A stretch of 64,000 bases of DNA. Source: Proteromonas lacertae (taxonomy: Eukaryota). Under the pieces are notes generated by a model. It searched no databases. It saw only the letters and a list, made by a program, of their open reading frames with translations, and was not told the origin of the DNA. The translations under genes were made by a program, and so were the position numbers. Within the stretch, counting starts at the first letter, position 1. Every line of letters starts with the position of its first letter. The stretch is taken from assembly GCA_002245135.1 (NCBI GenBank), contig NGBS01000594.1, positions 1 through 64,000 on the forward strand, given 5' to 3'. Positions 12,476 to 23,715 of this stretch are shown here, in pieces.

Positions 12476-13448
12476 AATGCATTTTACTCTAATAATATTT
12501 ATTGCGGCAGTTATTATAACGATAACAATAATTATGAATAATGCTATTTATAATAAAAATAATATGTCAGTAAATAAATATATAGAATCTTGTATATCTT
12601 ATAACAATAATAAAAATCACTTGAATTATTTAATTGTGTATAAAACATATACTGGTTGTGGCTTAGGTAATAAAATACCAACAATAATATCTAGCATTTT
12701 CTTTTCGCTTCTATCTATATCAAAATTTTATATTTATGGATGGAAAGATATAACATCTTACTTTAAAATGCCAACATATTTAATAAATGATAATATCACC
12801 ATAAACAAGATAATAGAAATAAGAACAATTAATAATTCTATTAGAATGTTGCTAAATTATTATAAATCATTATCTATATATAAATATCATGGATTTATGA
12901 ATATTATATACAATCTATATAATGATTCAAATATAATTAGAACTTACAAAATTAATTCAATAGGATGGAATAGAATAATACAAGAAGTGTTTTTTAAACC
13001 ATGCATAGCAGTAGAACAATATTTAAAATCATTTCAACAATTAAAAAGAAATCATATAATCGTGGGAGTTCATATAAGAACTGGATTTTTAACAAATTTA
13101 TCAAAGATTACATTTTGGTATTCGTCAGATATTTATAAGAAATATATAAAAGAAATAAATAAATTAATTAATACAAACAAAAAAATAAAAATATTAGTTG
13201 TATCAGACTCTTACGCTTTAATTGGAAGAATATCAAAAGAATACTATAATAATTTATTCAACTATTCTGTACCTGGACCAGTGGTAAATCCACATTATTC
13301 AATGCATGGAAAGAATTATCAAAGCGGAATAAAACTACTAGCAGATAATTATCTTTTATCACTTTGTGATATAGCTATAGGTTCCCATAGAAGTACTTAT
13401 TTTTCATTAGCATGCTCTAGATCAAATGTAAAATGTATAAAAGTTTAA
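12462..13448 (+). CDS. GT-B fucosyltransferase-like type II membrane protein
   Basis: N-terminal hydrophobic anchor. Motifs GCGLGNKI, VGVHIRTG, LVVSDS and DNYLLSLCDIAIGSHRSTY. Confidence 0.75.
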   Translation: MKWNKMHFTLIIFIAAVIITITIIMNNAIYNKNNMSVNKYIESCISYNNNKNHLNYLIVYKTYTGCGLGNKIPTIISSIFFSLLSISKFYIYGWKDITSYFKMPTYLINDNITINKIIEIRTINNSIRMLLNYYKSLSIYKYHGFMNIIYNLYNDSNIIRTYKINSIGWNRIIQEVFFKPCIAVEQYLKSFQQLKRNHIIVGVHIRTGFLTNLSKITFWYSSDIYKKYIKEINKLINTNKKIKILVVSDSYALIGRISKEYYNNLFNYSVPGPVVNPHYSMHGKNYQSGIKLLADNYLLSLCDIAIGSHRSTYFSLACSRSNVKCIKV

Positions 13449-13450
13449 AT

Positions 13451-14150
13451 TTACCATTTTGAAAAATTACATTCTGGAGGATTAGATATATTATTTATTC
13501 CAAAAATAATGCTCCACATATATTCCATATAGTTTGCTGAAAGTTTATTATTTCTGCTTTCAATTACATATTGTTTTAATCCTTTTCTTAAATTGATATA
13601 AAATTGAAGTGAATGTTTTATTATTCTACTATTTTCAACAATAAATGTCGAACAACAAGGAAATATATGCTTGTATATATATAATTGTAGCATTGAAATG
13701 TTAATATATCCATGTTTCCTCATATATTTATCAATTTCATAGGTTTTGTTAAACATTATATTATAATGTCTTTTTTGACCAAATTTCAAATATAAACAAT
13801 ATAATCCTCCAAAATTTGTATTATCAAAATAGTGAATTCTTTTTAAGTATTCAATTCTGTTATAGATTTTTTCTAAATAATGCCATGATTTTGTATGATC
13901 ATGGACAAATATATATTTTTTGTTCTTTTGTTTATTATAATTTTTTATAATAAAATCTAACATTAAACCAGCTTCGCAAGAATCAAGATGATTTGTGCTT
14001 TTATTACACTTAAGAAAGATAGAACTGTAGGGTATTAAAGATGCTATTAAATTAGACTTATTATTTTTATTACATGAAGATATTACTACATATATGTTTG
14101 GTATATATAATATTTTGAAATGATTAAAATATTCTAAACAGAATATACAT
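13451..14150 (-). CDS. DUF3431-like protein (possible 5' frameshift near 14125)
   Basis: Motifs CEAGLMLDFIIKNY, IFVHDHTKSWH, PCCSTFIVENSRI and YMEYMWSIIFG. Confidence 0.68.
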
Positions 14151-14154
14151 GTTA

Positions 14155-15390
14155 TTATAAAATAGTTAATATAAACATAAATTTTATAAAGTATTTATCA
14201 TTTCTAAGACAAAATACATATCCTTTGTTAATAAATTTCAATTCATGAATAATTATTAGTTGAGTATTTATATTGATAAGATCAAGTATATCACCTTCAT
14301 TATTAATTATATCAACATGTAAAGATTGTTTAATCATATTTGAAGGAATTTTATTGGAATGCAAAAATGAATTTTCTCTATAATTCTTTCCACATTTCTT
14401 TTCAAAGTATTCCAAATTATACAATCTCACAAAAGTGCAATATGTATCACCATTACATGGAAAACGAGGAAAAATAATACTTCTGTTCAATTTTTTGCTA
14501 ATATATATCAATGTTGATAATACATTTGTTATATTTGAGGTATTTAAATAGAAGTATCTTTTACTGTAGTATAAATAATTAATTGATGTTGATGAATAAT
14601 AACCATTATTATCTAAAGCATATATTCCTAATTCTTTCATCCTATACATTTTAGCCACAATACCAAAAGTATAATCATTATGAAACCCTATTAGATTTAA
14701 GACATTTGAAGATCTATTATATAAGAAATTATTCTATTGAAGAAGTTATATCCATCCATAATAATATCTATATTCAATGATTTTACATGAGAAAAATTAA
14801 TAGATTTCATATACCTATTTGCTAAACTTTGTTCAGAATAGCTCCATTCATATGATGTGCAATTATTTTCAATTGAGATCAAATCATTTAAATAATTAAT
14901 AGTAAACTTGCTTCTCTTTAGTAGTCTATATTTATTCATAATATAAATTATATATACACTAATCCATAATTTAAAACATTACATATAACGCTATCACATG
15001 CTAATATTAAATCGATTGAAGAACTGAAATACTTTAATAGTTCATTAGGATTTTTGAAGAAGTATATATCAGCATCTAGTGCTAATAAATAATTTGTTTG
15101 TTTTATATATTTCATAAAAATAGGATGTTTTAGTCTCATTTTTTTAGCAAATCCAATTGTATGAATTTTATTTCCATATACATTCTCTTCAACTAATTTG
15201 GGAGAAATTTCAACTGGCAAATTATACCTTCTACATTTTTCATACATTTTGGATGATGTTGCAATTACTTTAAAATTTTGAATATTATAGTATTTAATTA
15301 CAGAAATATAAAAATTTCTCACTACATCAAAATAATATAAATAAAGTACTTGTAATATAGAACTTATGATACAACACTTGGTTTTTATAT
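14155..15390 (-). pseudogene. Nucleotide-diphospho-sugar transferase (GT77-like), with one intron, one frameshift and a truncated 5' end
   Basis: LALDADIYFFKNP (DxD). Removing a ~32-nt GT-AG intron near 14930-14960 gives LNYGLVLLKRS. Also SEQSLAN and GFHNDYTFGIVAKMYRMKELG, with a frameshift near 14725. Confidence 0.7.
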
Positions 15391-15406
15391 ACTTTTATCA
15401 TTATTA

Positions 15407-15426
15407 TCAGGGTTGTATAAATAGGT
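15407..15426 (+). repeat. Probable hAT-type terminal sequence (tcagggttgtataaataggt)
   Basis: Identical 20-mer at 35891-35910 upstream of a hAT transposase relic. Confidence 0.55.
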
Positions 15427-15599
15427 ACTTAAGGACGATCATAAACCTCTTTATTATCAAGCGCTTGATAAGTCGTTTAAAGAGAAAGTCTCTTCCAGTG
15501 GTGATAAAAAGAGAAAAGAAAGCAGAAGAAGTCATTTTGTAGGTATCGAAAGAGAAAGAAAGGAAATAAAAGAAGCCGGTCTACTAGTAGTAATGAAGT

Positions 15600-16030
15600 A
15601 GATGAAGATAATTATCAGTTGTAGAAGTTTTACCACAAAGAAATACGATGATTATGTAAAAGATGAAAAGACAAAGCACTTATTGTTTAAATGAATGAAG
15701 GTTATTAAAAGATGAAAAGAAGTACTATGGTATTATCAGAGATATGATAGATGCATTCGTAAAATCAATGAGAAATTTACAGTTACTAAAGAAGAACAGT
15801 TTAACTACATTCTTACAGTGATTGATCATTACAGTAATTTTACATGTGTATATCCATTAAAGAGAAAAACAAAAGAAGAAACAGTGAAGAATATGCGAAT
15901 TATATCAGAATTTTTGGTGCTCCTCAGATTCTTCAAATGGATAATGGTAGTAAATTCAAGAATGATTTGATGAGAAGTTTATGCAATGAATATTGAATTG
16001 ATGAAGTTCATAGTGCACCATATAGTAAGG
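15600..16030 (+). pseudogene. Ginger-type rve integrase fragment, paralogue of 27991-28707
   Basis: Translates to KYYGIIRDMI...YILTVIDHYSNFTCVYPLKRKTKEETVKN/IRIFGAPQILQMDNGSKFKN. Confidence 0.82.
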
Positions 16031-16281
16031 GTGCAGATATTATTATAGATGAAACATTAATCATACTGTTCAAAAATATCAACATCATCAATTACATATG
16101 AAGAAGAACAAGAAAGCCATGGTTTAAGCTTTGTAAAAAAGATCAGAAAAGTATTTCAGATGTTGTAGATCCATTGGTATTAGATCACAGTGAAGCTCCC
16201 ATCCATATTTGATATTGCATCATTATTTGACACAGAAAACTTCGATACTACATATAAATGCATTAAAATAATACCATTAGA

Positions 16282-16683
16282 TTATGAGTTAAAGAATATA
16301 ATACAAAAAAGGTGAAATAGAAGATGTGCAAAAGGACCTGTTACAAATAAATTCTTACACCAATTAAACATTTTCATATGTTCATCATATAAATTATATA
16401 TTCTATTAAACTCATGATTTGGCCAACCTACAGGAATTAATCTATATTGCATAATCAATGCTTTGTTAAATCTTTTCACTTCTTGATTCACATAGTTATT
16501 CAAATCATCTTCACTTATATCTTGAAATGGTATAACTTGATTCCTTCTATGTCTTCTTCTATGTCTTATTCTGTTCATATCAATTGGTACATTATCTTCA
16601 TCTTCTTCATCTTCATAATCATCATCATCTGTTATTTCATCTTCTTCATCATTTGAATTGTTAACTTGAGGTTGTGGTTGCAT
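16282..16683 (-). CDS. Hypothetical protein (acidic tract then RIRHRRRHRR), divergent from the capsid cluster
   Basis: 133-aa ORF with an ATG start. No recognised domain. Confidence 0.45.
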   Translation of the reverse strand: MQPQPQVNNSNDEEDEITDDDDYEDEEDEDNVPIDMNRIRHRRRHRRNQVIPFQDISEDDLNNYVNQEVKRFNKALIMQYRLIPVGWPNHEFNRIYNLYDEHMKMFNWCKNLFVTGPFAHLLFHLFCIIFFNS

Positions 16684-16762
16684 ATATATATAACAATATA
16701 TAAATTAAAGAATAATTCAAATAAAATTATATTTTAATATTTCTCAACAATTATAAAACATA

Positions 16763-17735
16763 ATGCAACCTAAAAATAGTAGTAATGTTTTAAGTAATAG
16801 AAGATCATTGTTTTTAACTACATCAGACTATGATTCAAAATTTTCAAATAGATGGACGAGATGTATTAATACTCCTACTATTACTGAAATATATCAATAT
16901 ATGAGTTTAATTACTGCAGTTATTCCAAATAAATTCTATACAGTACAAGATGAAGTAAATGATCATATACTTTTTAATTGTACTTAATACAGCTGCAGAA
17001 ATATGCAAATAAAAGATCCAGAAGAATGGTCAAAACCAAAAAACCAAAATGGACCTTATAATAAAACTATTGATATTAAAATACCTCAAAGAAAATATAC
17101 AGGAAAAGAATTATTAGATTTTTTTGCTAGAAATCTCTTAGATTTTACTTTTTATGCATTTGATAATGGAGTAATACAATTACCTGATGAAGGTTTTGCA
17201 AATAGATTTCCATTTCTTAAAGTAGATGATCAAATAGATATACTTCAATTTGAAAAAACTTCAGATAATAGATTAAGGTTATATTTTGTTTAAATAACGC
17301 ATTATGGAAGATATTACTTTACAGACTTTACTATAGAATTCCCTAACTTAGCATATAAGTTATTTGGTTTAGATGAAATAAATAAAAGTATATCAATTTA
17401 TCATGCAAATCATTTTAAGTGATGCATATTTCAGTAAAGATTTTAATTATTATTCTAATTTGTTACCAAATCAGCCTTCTTTACTATGGGTGTCATTTAT
17501 TCAAATTAGATGTGACTGGGTTAATAGTGGTGAGAATTCAATGGTTTTAGCAAATATACCTATAACTGATATAAATGCAGTTTATGCTACATTCGCTAAT
17601 CCACAAATTGAATGGACAACTAAAAAGATGCAATATCACGATTATCAACGAATGAATATATCAGTCTCTCAGCAAGATGGTTATGCAATTGATTTAAATA
17701 GCTTACCTATATATTTTGAGATTATTTTGTATTAA
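16763..17735 (+). pseudogene. Minor capsid (penton, single jelly-roll) protein of a Polinton-like virus; two in-frame stops and one frameshift
   Basis: Three ORF pieces carry the PLV/virophage penton pattern: AVIPNKFYTV, IKIPQRKYTGKEL, YKLFGL, IQIRCDWV..VLANIPI, ISVSQQDGYAIDLNSLPIYFEIIL. It lies directly upstream of the MCP and ATPase. Confidence 0.68.
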
Positions 17736-17789
17736 TAAATTTCTTGCTATTTTTAAGCATTTTTTGATTTTTAAAAAATAACATAAAAT

Positions 17790-18803
17790 ATGTCAATCAC
17801 TGCTGTACCTAATTCACAAAAACATGAAAGCATTGTGCCAGCTTATATACCTGTCTACAGTCATATTTTAGTTACACCTAACCAAAGCAGAAATGAGACT
17901 GTTTTATCTTTAAATTCAAACAGTGATGCTATTAAATTTGAAATATCTGGTGATAATTGTGTTAATCTATCTAAAAGTTACTTTGAATTTGAATTAGATT
18001 ATACTACAGGTCAAAAAAGAGATCATGCAACTTCAGGTTCAGGAAGTTGGAAATTACCTATTGCACCTGCAAATGATTCTAAATCAGGCAAAACATTAGA
18101 TCATATAAATTTAAAGAATTCAATGAATTTTGGAACTATCAAAGTATACAATAAAACTGGAACACTTCTATGTGATTTAGATAGTAGTTATAATGAATAT
18201 CGAGATTTAGCTCATCAAATTGCCAATCAGTATCCTTATGATATAAAAGATCCAAATTATTATCAATATTTATTTGATGGCTTAACAATTAGAAATAATG
18301 AAATTCTTGAAACAACTATATGTGATTTTAATACTACTTTAAAAGCAAATGGAGGTGTTTGGAATTATTGGGATGAAATGGGAACAACAGAAGATCCTAT
18401 TCCTTTTGATCAAGATCAAGATAGAATAATATGGCAAATTAATGATTTCGTTTATACTCATGATTATTTATATCCTGCAAAATATCAGACATGGGAATAT
18501 ATGAGAAATTATATTCAAAATACAATATTTGAAAGATGTTTTGAACAATCTTTTGCTTATAGATTCTTTGATATATTAAATTTCAGTGCTGACCGTTTAA
18601 CTGAATTAAAATTAAGAGCTGGTAAAGATTTATCGAGTGATTTAAAAATAACATTAGATTGTTCAAACCGTAACTTCGATGCTAGAAAAAATAATCCAGA
18701 TGATGATGATGAAAACAGAAATAGAACTATTCATCATAAATTCTACATAATTACTGGTAAACAATTGATTATTGGACCAAGGTGTGTTGAAAAAGTAGTA
18801 TAA
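17790..18803 (+). CDS. Major capsid protein (double jelly-roll, PLV-type), probably C-terminally truncated
   Basis: N-terminal pattern IKFEISGDNCVNLSKSYFEFEL and IKVYNKTGTLLCDLDSSYNEY is typical of PLV MCPs. It sits between the penton and the ATPase. Confidence 0.62.
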   Translation: MSITAVPNSQKHESIVPAYIPVYSHILVTPNQSRNETVLSLNSNSDAIKFEISGDNCVNLSKSYFEFELDYTTGQKRDHATSGSGSWKLPIAPANDSKSGKTLDHINLKNSMNFGTIKVYNKTGTLLCDLDSSYNEYRDLAHQIANQYPYDIKDPNYYQYLFDGLTIRNNEILETTICDFNTTLKANGGVWNYWDEMGTTEDPIPFDQDQDRIIWQINDFVYTHDYLYPAKYQTWEYMRNYIQNTIFERCFEQSFAYRFFDILNFSADRLTELKLRAGKDLSSDLKITLDCSNRNFDARKNNPDDDDENRNRTIHHKFYIITGKQLIIGPRCVEKVV

Positions 18804-18871
18804 GTAATAATTCTTTATTATTGACTTCTATTTTCATTTTTTGATTTCTCACTACATATTATATACACACT

Positions 18872-19555
18872 ATGTTTAAATTTGAAAAAATAAATAATAT
18901 ACAAATTGAGCCTGTTGATGGCGGTGAGTCATTTGATCCTAAGAAAATTCTGGGTTATGATTACTTTAATGAGCCTTTCTGCAATATTTTTCTTGTGGCT
19001 CGTTAGAACAGTGGTAAAACAACTTTGATATACAATATATTAAGACATATTATAGATCCAAAATATAAGAAAAAACAACATGTACATTTTTTCGTAGGTG
19101 CAATCAAACAAGATAGGATATATGATTCAATTAAAGAGTTATTAGATTATAATGAAATTAGTTATGATGAAAATGATTCATTATTTGAACCTTACTAAGG
19201 AGATAATTTAGTAGAGAAGTTAATGAAATCAATTGATGATACAAACAAAGATAATTATGAGTATGCAGAACATATTATAATATTTGATGATCTTAGTTTA
19301 GAGTTGAAAACAGCTAATAATATCATACCAATATTAATGAAAGAAAATAGACATTTAAAATCTAAAATTATAATTAGTAGTCAATATATTACTGATATGG
19401 TACCTTCAGCAAGATCACAAGTAGATTATTGTTTAACATTTTATGGATTGAGTAACAGAAACGTTACATATGACACCATTCTAAAGTTTCTTGATGTTTT
19501 TATTGATTTTGTTATTTTATTGTTTATTAATACAAAAAATGTTTATTGGGGATAG
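18872..19555 (+). pseudogene. A32/FtsK-like DNA packaging ATPase with two in-frame stops
   Basis: From ATG 18872: FLVAR*NSGKTTLIYNIL (Walker A), IIIFDDLS (Walker B), KENRHLKSKIIISSQY. Paralogous to 33941-34546. Confidence 0.88.
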
Positions 19556-20349
19556 ACAAACTATTAAACATAGATCAAACAAAATTAGCTTATGATATTG
19601 CTGATAAAATAAATCTAGTTGATGAAGCTAAATTAGCAACAGATATTGCATCTAAAGTTGTTATACCACCTTCATCAATAACACCAAAAGATAAAATAGA
19701 TATAACATCAAGTATAATAACTAGTGTAAATAGTAATACTACTAAAGAAGTAGATACAAAAAAGTTAGAATTAGAAGAATATTTGAAATCAATAAAAGAT
19801 ATAATCAATAAACAAGTACTTGTACTATGTGATTCAATAAACAATACAGTTAATAGTATACCTCGAAATTTAGTACCAAAACCTTATTGTTTACATAAAC
19901 AACATACTAGTTATACAGCGAAAAGAAGAATTAATGGTATATGGGATAGTGATGATAAAACATTTAAAATACCTACTAAAATAGAAATGTTTGAAAACTT
20001 TATGAAGATTAAATTATATGATGGTTTTACATGTAATTATGAAGGATGTGATGGTCATGAATTATATCTTAAACCTGGTAGAGAAGGTTTATTACAACAA
20101 TACTATAATAAAGTATTACAAATATACAATGGGAAATCATTCCCTATAAGAGCTACAAATGATAAAAATACATATCATACATTAACTAATAGACCATATT
20201 TTCAAATAACTCATATATTACAAAATGATAATAATCAACCTAATTTACATATAATAGTAAATGGTTACCCTCATCAAGATTATTTAGCAATACCAAGACA
20301 AACATTCTTCACAGACTATATAGATACAGGTGTTACAGATTTCTTTTAA
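19546..20349 (+). CDS. Virus-associated hypothetical protein (helical N-terminal stalk, beta-rich C-terminus; possible fibre)
   Basis: Follows the ATPase. Positional and sequence homologue at 33061-33761. Confidence 0.5.
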   Translation: MGIDKLLNIDQTKLAYDIADKINLVDEAKLATDIASKVVIPPSSITPKDKIDITSSIITSVNSNTTKEVDTKKLELEEYLKSIKDIINKQVLVLCDSINNTVNSIPRNLVPKPYCLHKQHTSYTAKRRINGIWDSDDKTFKIPTKIEMFENFMKIKLYDGFTCNYEGCDGHELYLKPGREGLLQQYYNKVLQIYNGKSFPIRATNDKNTYHTLTNRPYFQITHILQNDNNQPNLHIIVNGYPHQDYLAIPRQTFFTDYIDTGVTDFF

Positions 20350-20485
20350 TTTTTATTATGATTATTTTATTATGTTTATTATAAAATTTATTATATTTTT
20401 ATTATATTATGTGATTTTTATTAAATTACGCATATTTTTTAAACCCTGTCCCAAATCATTTTAAGATAGAGATTCGTTTTAAAAT

Positions 20486-20984
20486 TTAGACTATGTTTAT
20501 CGTAGTTTGATCATTGTTTCCTTTAACTTCTTCTTGTGCTTCTTCTTCCTCATCATCACTATCATCAAATATATAATTCTTCTTTACATAATGTTTAAAC
20601 ATAGGATTCTTCTTCAAATGAACACTTCCCATTCCTTCAGGTAGTGTTAAACCACTCAATATACTTATCGAACACTGCAAAATAATGTCTATTTAATCAT
20701 CTTGGTTTTACTGATGATTTAATATCGAAAAGCATCATATAATATCTCTTATCACTATACTTTGTCCACATCTTTTGATGGCAAATAGCACAGAATTCAT
20801 TATAAGACTTTATCTCTTCCTTAGGTAATGGACTATCTAAAACTGCACTTATGTTATGGTTAAAATATAAGTAAAACTTACATGTTCCACATATACACTT
20901 ATCTAAATAATCTTCATTATTTCTAAATGAACAAAAGAAAGCAAAGTTTATTGAAGCACACATATTTATATTTTTTTGATTCAA
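20486..20984 (-). CDS. Small Cys-rich and acidic ORF fragments, unknown function
   Basis: CICGTC and CAICH pairs in 20697-20984. Second piece at 20486-20680. Confidence 0.3.
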
Positions 20985-21939
20985 AACGGTTTTTCTAAAA
21001 TATCAGGAAAATCAAAGCTGTTTCTTTTTTCTGTTTATAACAACAGTTTCTCGTTAGAATTTGATTTAGTAAAAAATATAGAATACTGTAGATAATTCTT
21101 TAAATATATATTTTTGACACTATTTAAATTCTTTTGAATGTTTTTAACTACACTATATAAATCCATTAATAATTTGATAAATGAAAAAAATAACTTAAAA
21201 AAAAGTAAGAACGCATTCTGTAGCTTGGCCACCACACTATTTAATCACTAAGTCCTAGCTAGGCTACACAGGACACGCTACTTACTTACATAGAAATACA
21301 TTTCTTATTATATAAAGTAGCTACCCTGCCGGGGTAGAACAGGTAGCTACTTATCTATTTATACACTTTATTTCTACTATCCTACGCTACAAACTATTGA
21401 AAAAGCAAAATTAAAATTTGACCCATAAATTTATTCACACACTAAAATATATACACAATTTTAAATTCACCACTTGCTCCAGTATAACCCGTACTAAAAA
21501 CTAATTCACACTCAAAATGCTTATTCTTACCTGTAGAAGGCACCTAAGAATAGTCTGGTTCAGAAATCGAATTAACAGTGATATTCTTGTTGTTATACAT
21601 ATATAACCAACATTTTCTAAAAACTTCTTATCTTGATAGAATTTTATAACATTCTTCTAAGTTTATACTGATATTCATTTTTTCTCTTTGACTGAATCAT
21701 AAATATATACAAACAGAAAAATTGAAAAGAATGAAATTAATAGTTACTCACAGATGTAAGTTATATGACCAAGTAAGTATAAAAGTAACAATTGTTCATC
21801 AAAACAAGTAAGAATATGTATTTAGTTTGTCTGGTAGACAAACTGCCATCTATGAAATTATGACAAATGGCTCAAAAATTGCTTAAAGTATTTTTATAAT
21901 TGATAATTTCATAAAATAAATTATAAAAATATAAGTATA

Positions 21940-22803
21940 TCATTCTTTTATTGATGCAATTATGTCAAAAAATGAAGTTGATGAAGTACATTTAATCTTT
22001 TCTTTTATCTGATATTTATATTTCTCAAATAAATTATATATATCATTTTCAGTTATATTTTTTCTTCTATAGACTTCACACCATATTTCCATATAGAAAT
22101 GTCTAATTGTTCTTTTCTTTAATATTTCTATGCCACCTTGAAGTAGATTAAGTTCATAACCTTGAATATCAATAGATGCCAAGTGTATTTTGTATTGAAA
22201 ATTGTATAAGAGAGTGTCTAATGTTTCTATATTAATTTCTTTTTTGATATAATTCTGGTGTAAATCTATGAATGATGAACCACCCCAATTACCTTTTTCA
22301 ATATTTATTAATTTTGTTTCTTTCGTTTTACCTAATCCTACTGTAAATAATGTAATGTTATTTATCCAACTAGGATTAATAAGAAGCGTTTTTGTTAATA
22401 TGTGTAGATTATTGGGAATAGGTTCAATTGAAATTGTTTTTATTCCAATGCTTAACATCCCAAATGAACATATACCAATATTTGCTCCAGCATCCATATA
22501 ATAATCATCTTCATTCAAACCAGGTAATTCAAACCATAATTTTCTTATTCTTTTACAATCATACCAATCTCCAGTTGATTTTATTGCATTTGATATTATA
22601 TCTTTTTCTTTCCTAACATACATAGAAAAATTTGAATGTTTATTAAATACATTTACTAATTCTAATTTTTCTCTACATTCAAGACACTCTGTAAACTTTT
22701 TATTCCATAAATAATTGTTAATTGTATTACCTGATTTGTATAATTTAAAATATATTAAAACGATTAAAGATAAAAAAAGAAAAAGAAAAACATAACAATA
22801 CAT
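21940..22803 (-). CDS. FkbM-family SAM-dependent methyltransferase with N-terminal membrane anchor
   Basis: Motifs YMDAGANIG, SIEPIPNN and SIDIQGYE. Uninterrupted ORF. Confidence 0.9.
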   Translation of the reverse strand: MYCYVFLFLFLSLIVLIYFKLYKSGNTINNYLWNKKFTECLECREKLELVNVFNKHSNFSMYVRKEKDIISNAIKSTGDWYDCKRIRKLWFELPGLNEDDYYMDAGANIGICSFGMLSIGIKTISIEPIPNNLHILTKTLLINPSWINNITLFTVGLGKTKETKLINIEKGNWGGSSFIDLHQNYIKKEINIETLDTLLYNFQYKIHLASIDIQGYELNLLQGGIEILKKRTIRHFYMEIWCEVYRRKNITENDIYNLFEKYKYQIKEKIKCTSSTSFFDIIASIKE

Positions 22804-22818
22804 AACAACTGATTCTTT

Positions 22819-23715
22819 TTATTTAACCAAATACTTGTTAATATACATTTCATTATATGTACTAACAAATTTATTTTCCATTTCTCTACTATCTTTTATA
22901 CCTACAACATGAGCTAATTTTTGTGAGTCAATCTCCATAAAGCACCCACTAGTAATTCTAATAATTTTGTATTTACCAACTAAATAACAATGATAACCCA
23001 ATTCTTCCAAATATACAATAAGCGAAGAACAGCTTCTGTTACAAATTAATGTCTTAATCTTATGATATTCAAAATATAGATATTTTACTTTTCCGCTAGA
23101 TAATAATTTCTTTCCTGTAAACAACACCTCATCTTCATAACCTTCAACATCAATTTTAAGAAAGAATACATTACCATTTTTAACATAAATTTCATAGAAT
23201 TTATCTAAATTCATAAAGGTTACATTTGCCATAATTAATACTCTTGATACACCCATCATATCACCTGCATTATTATATTTCCATGTAACTGCACTTCTAT
23301 TAAATCCAATTGCTGTATGAACTGTTAGAATATGTTTTGAATGTTCATATTTCTTCTTAGTTGTTTCGCAATTTAAATCTAACGGTTCTGCTAAAAATAT
23401 ACTGTTTTGTTGATAATATTTATGAAACATATCAGTAATTTCACCAATATTAGAACCAATATCCAAAATACAATCATCAGTTGATATTGAAGGATATATT
23501 CTTTTAAAATTAGGGAATAATCTATCTCTCAAATCATTATCACTAAATACTTTTATATCACATGTATCGTAATATTTTTTATACTGTAAATAAAATGAGT
23601 CACATATCATTGTATTAAAATTTGACATATTATTTCTTTTATTTTCATTAATTTGATATAATGCTAAGAATATAACTATTGATGTTGTAATTATTATTGT
23701 TAATAAAATAGACAT
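22819..23715 (-). CDS. FkbM-family SAM-dependent methyltransferase with N-terminal membrane anchor
   Basis: Motifs ILDIGSNIG, LAEPL, LKIDVEGYE and LYFEYH. Confidence 0.9.
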   Translation of the reverse strand: MSILLTIIITTSIVIFLALYQINENKRNNMSNFNTMICDSFYLQYKKYYDTCDIKVFSDNDLRDRLFPNFKRIYPSISTDDCILDIGSNIGEITDMFHKYYQQNSIFLAEPLDLNCETTKKKYEHSKHILTVHTAIGFNRSAVTWKYNNAGDMMGVSRVLIMANVTFMNLDKFYEIYVKNGNVFFLKIDVEGYEDEVLFTGKKLLSSGKVKYLYFEYHKIKTLICNRSCSSLIVYLEELGYHCYLVGKYKIIRITSGCFMEIDSQKLAHVVGIKDSREMENKFVSTYNEMYINKYLVK

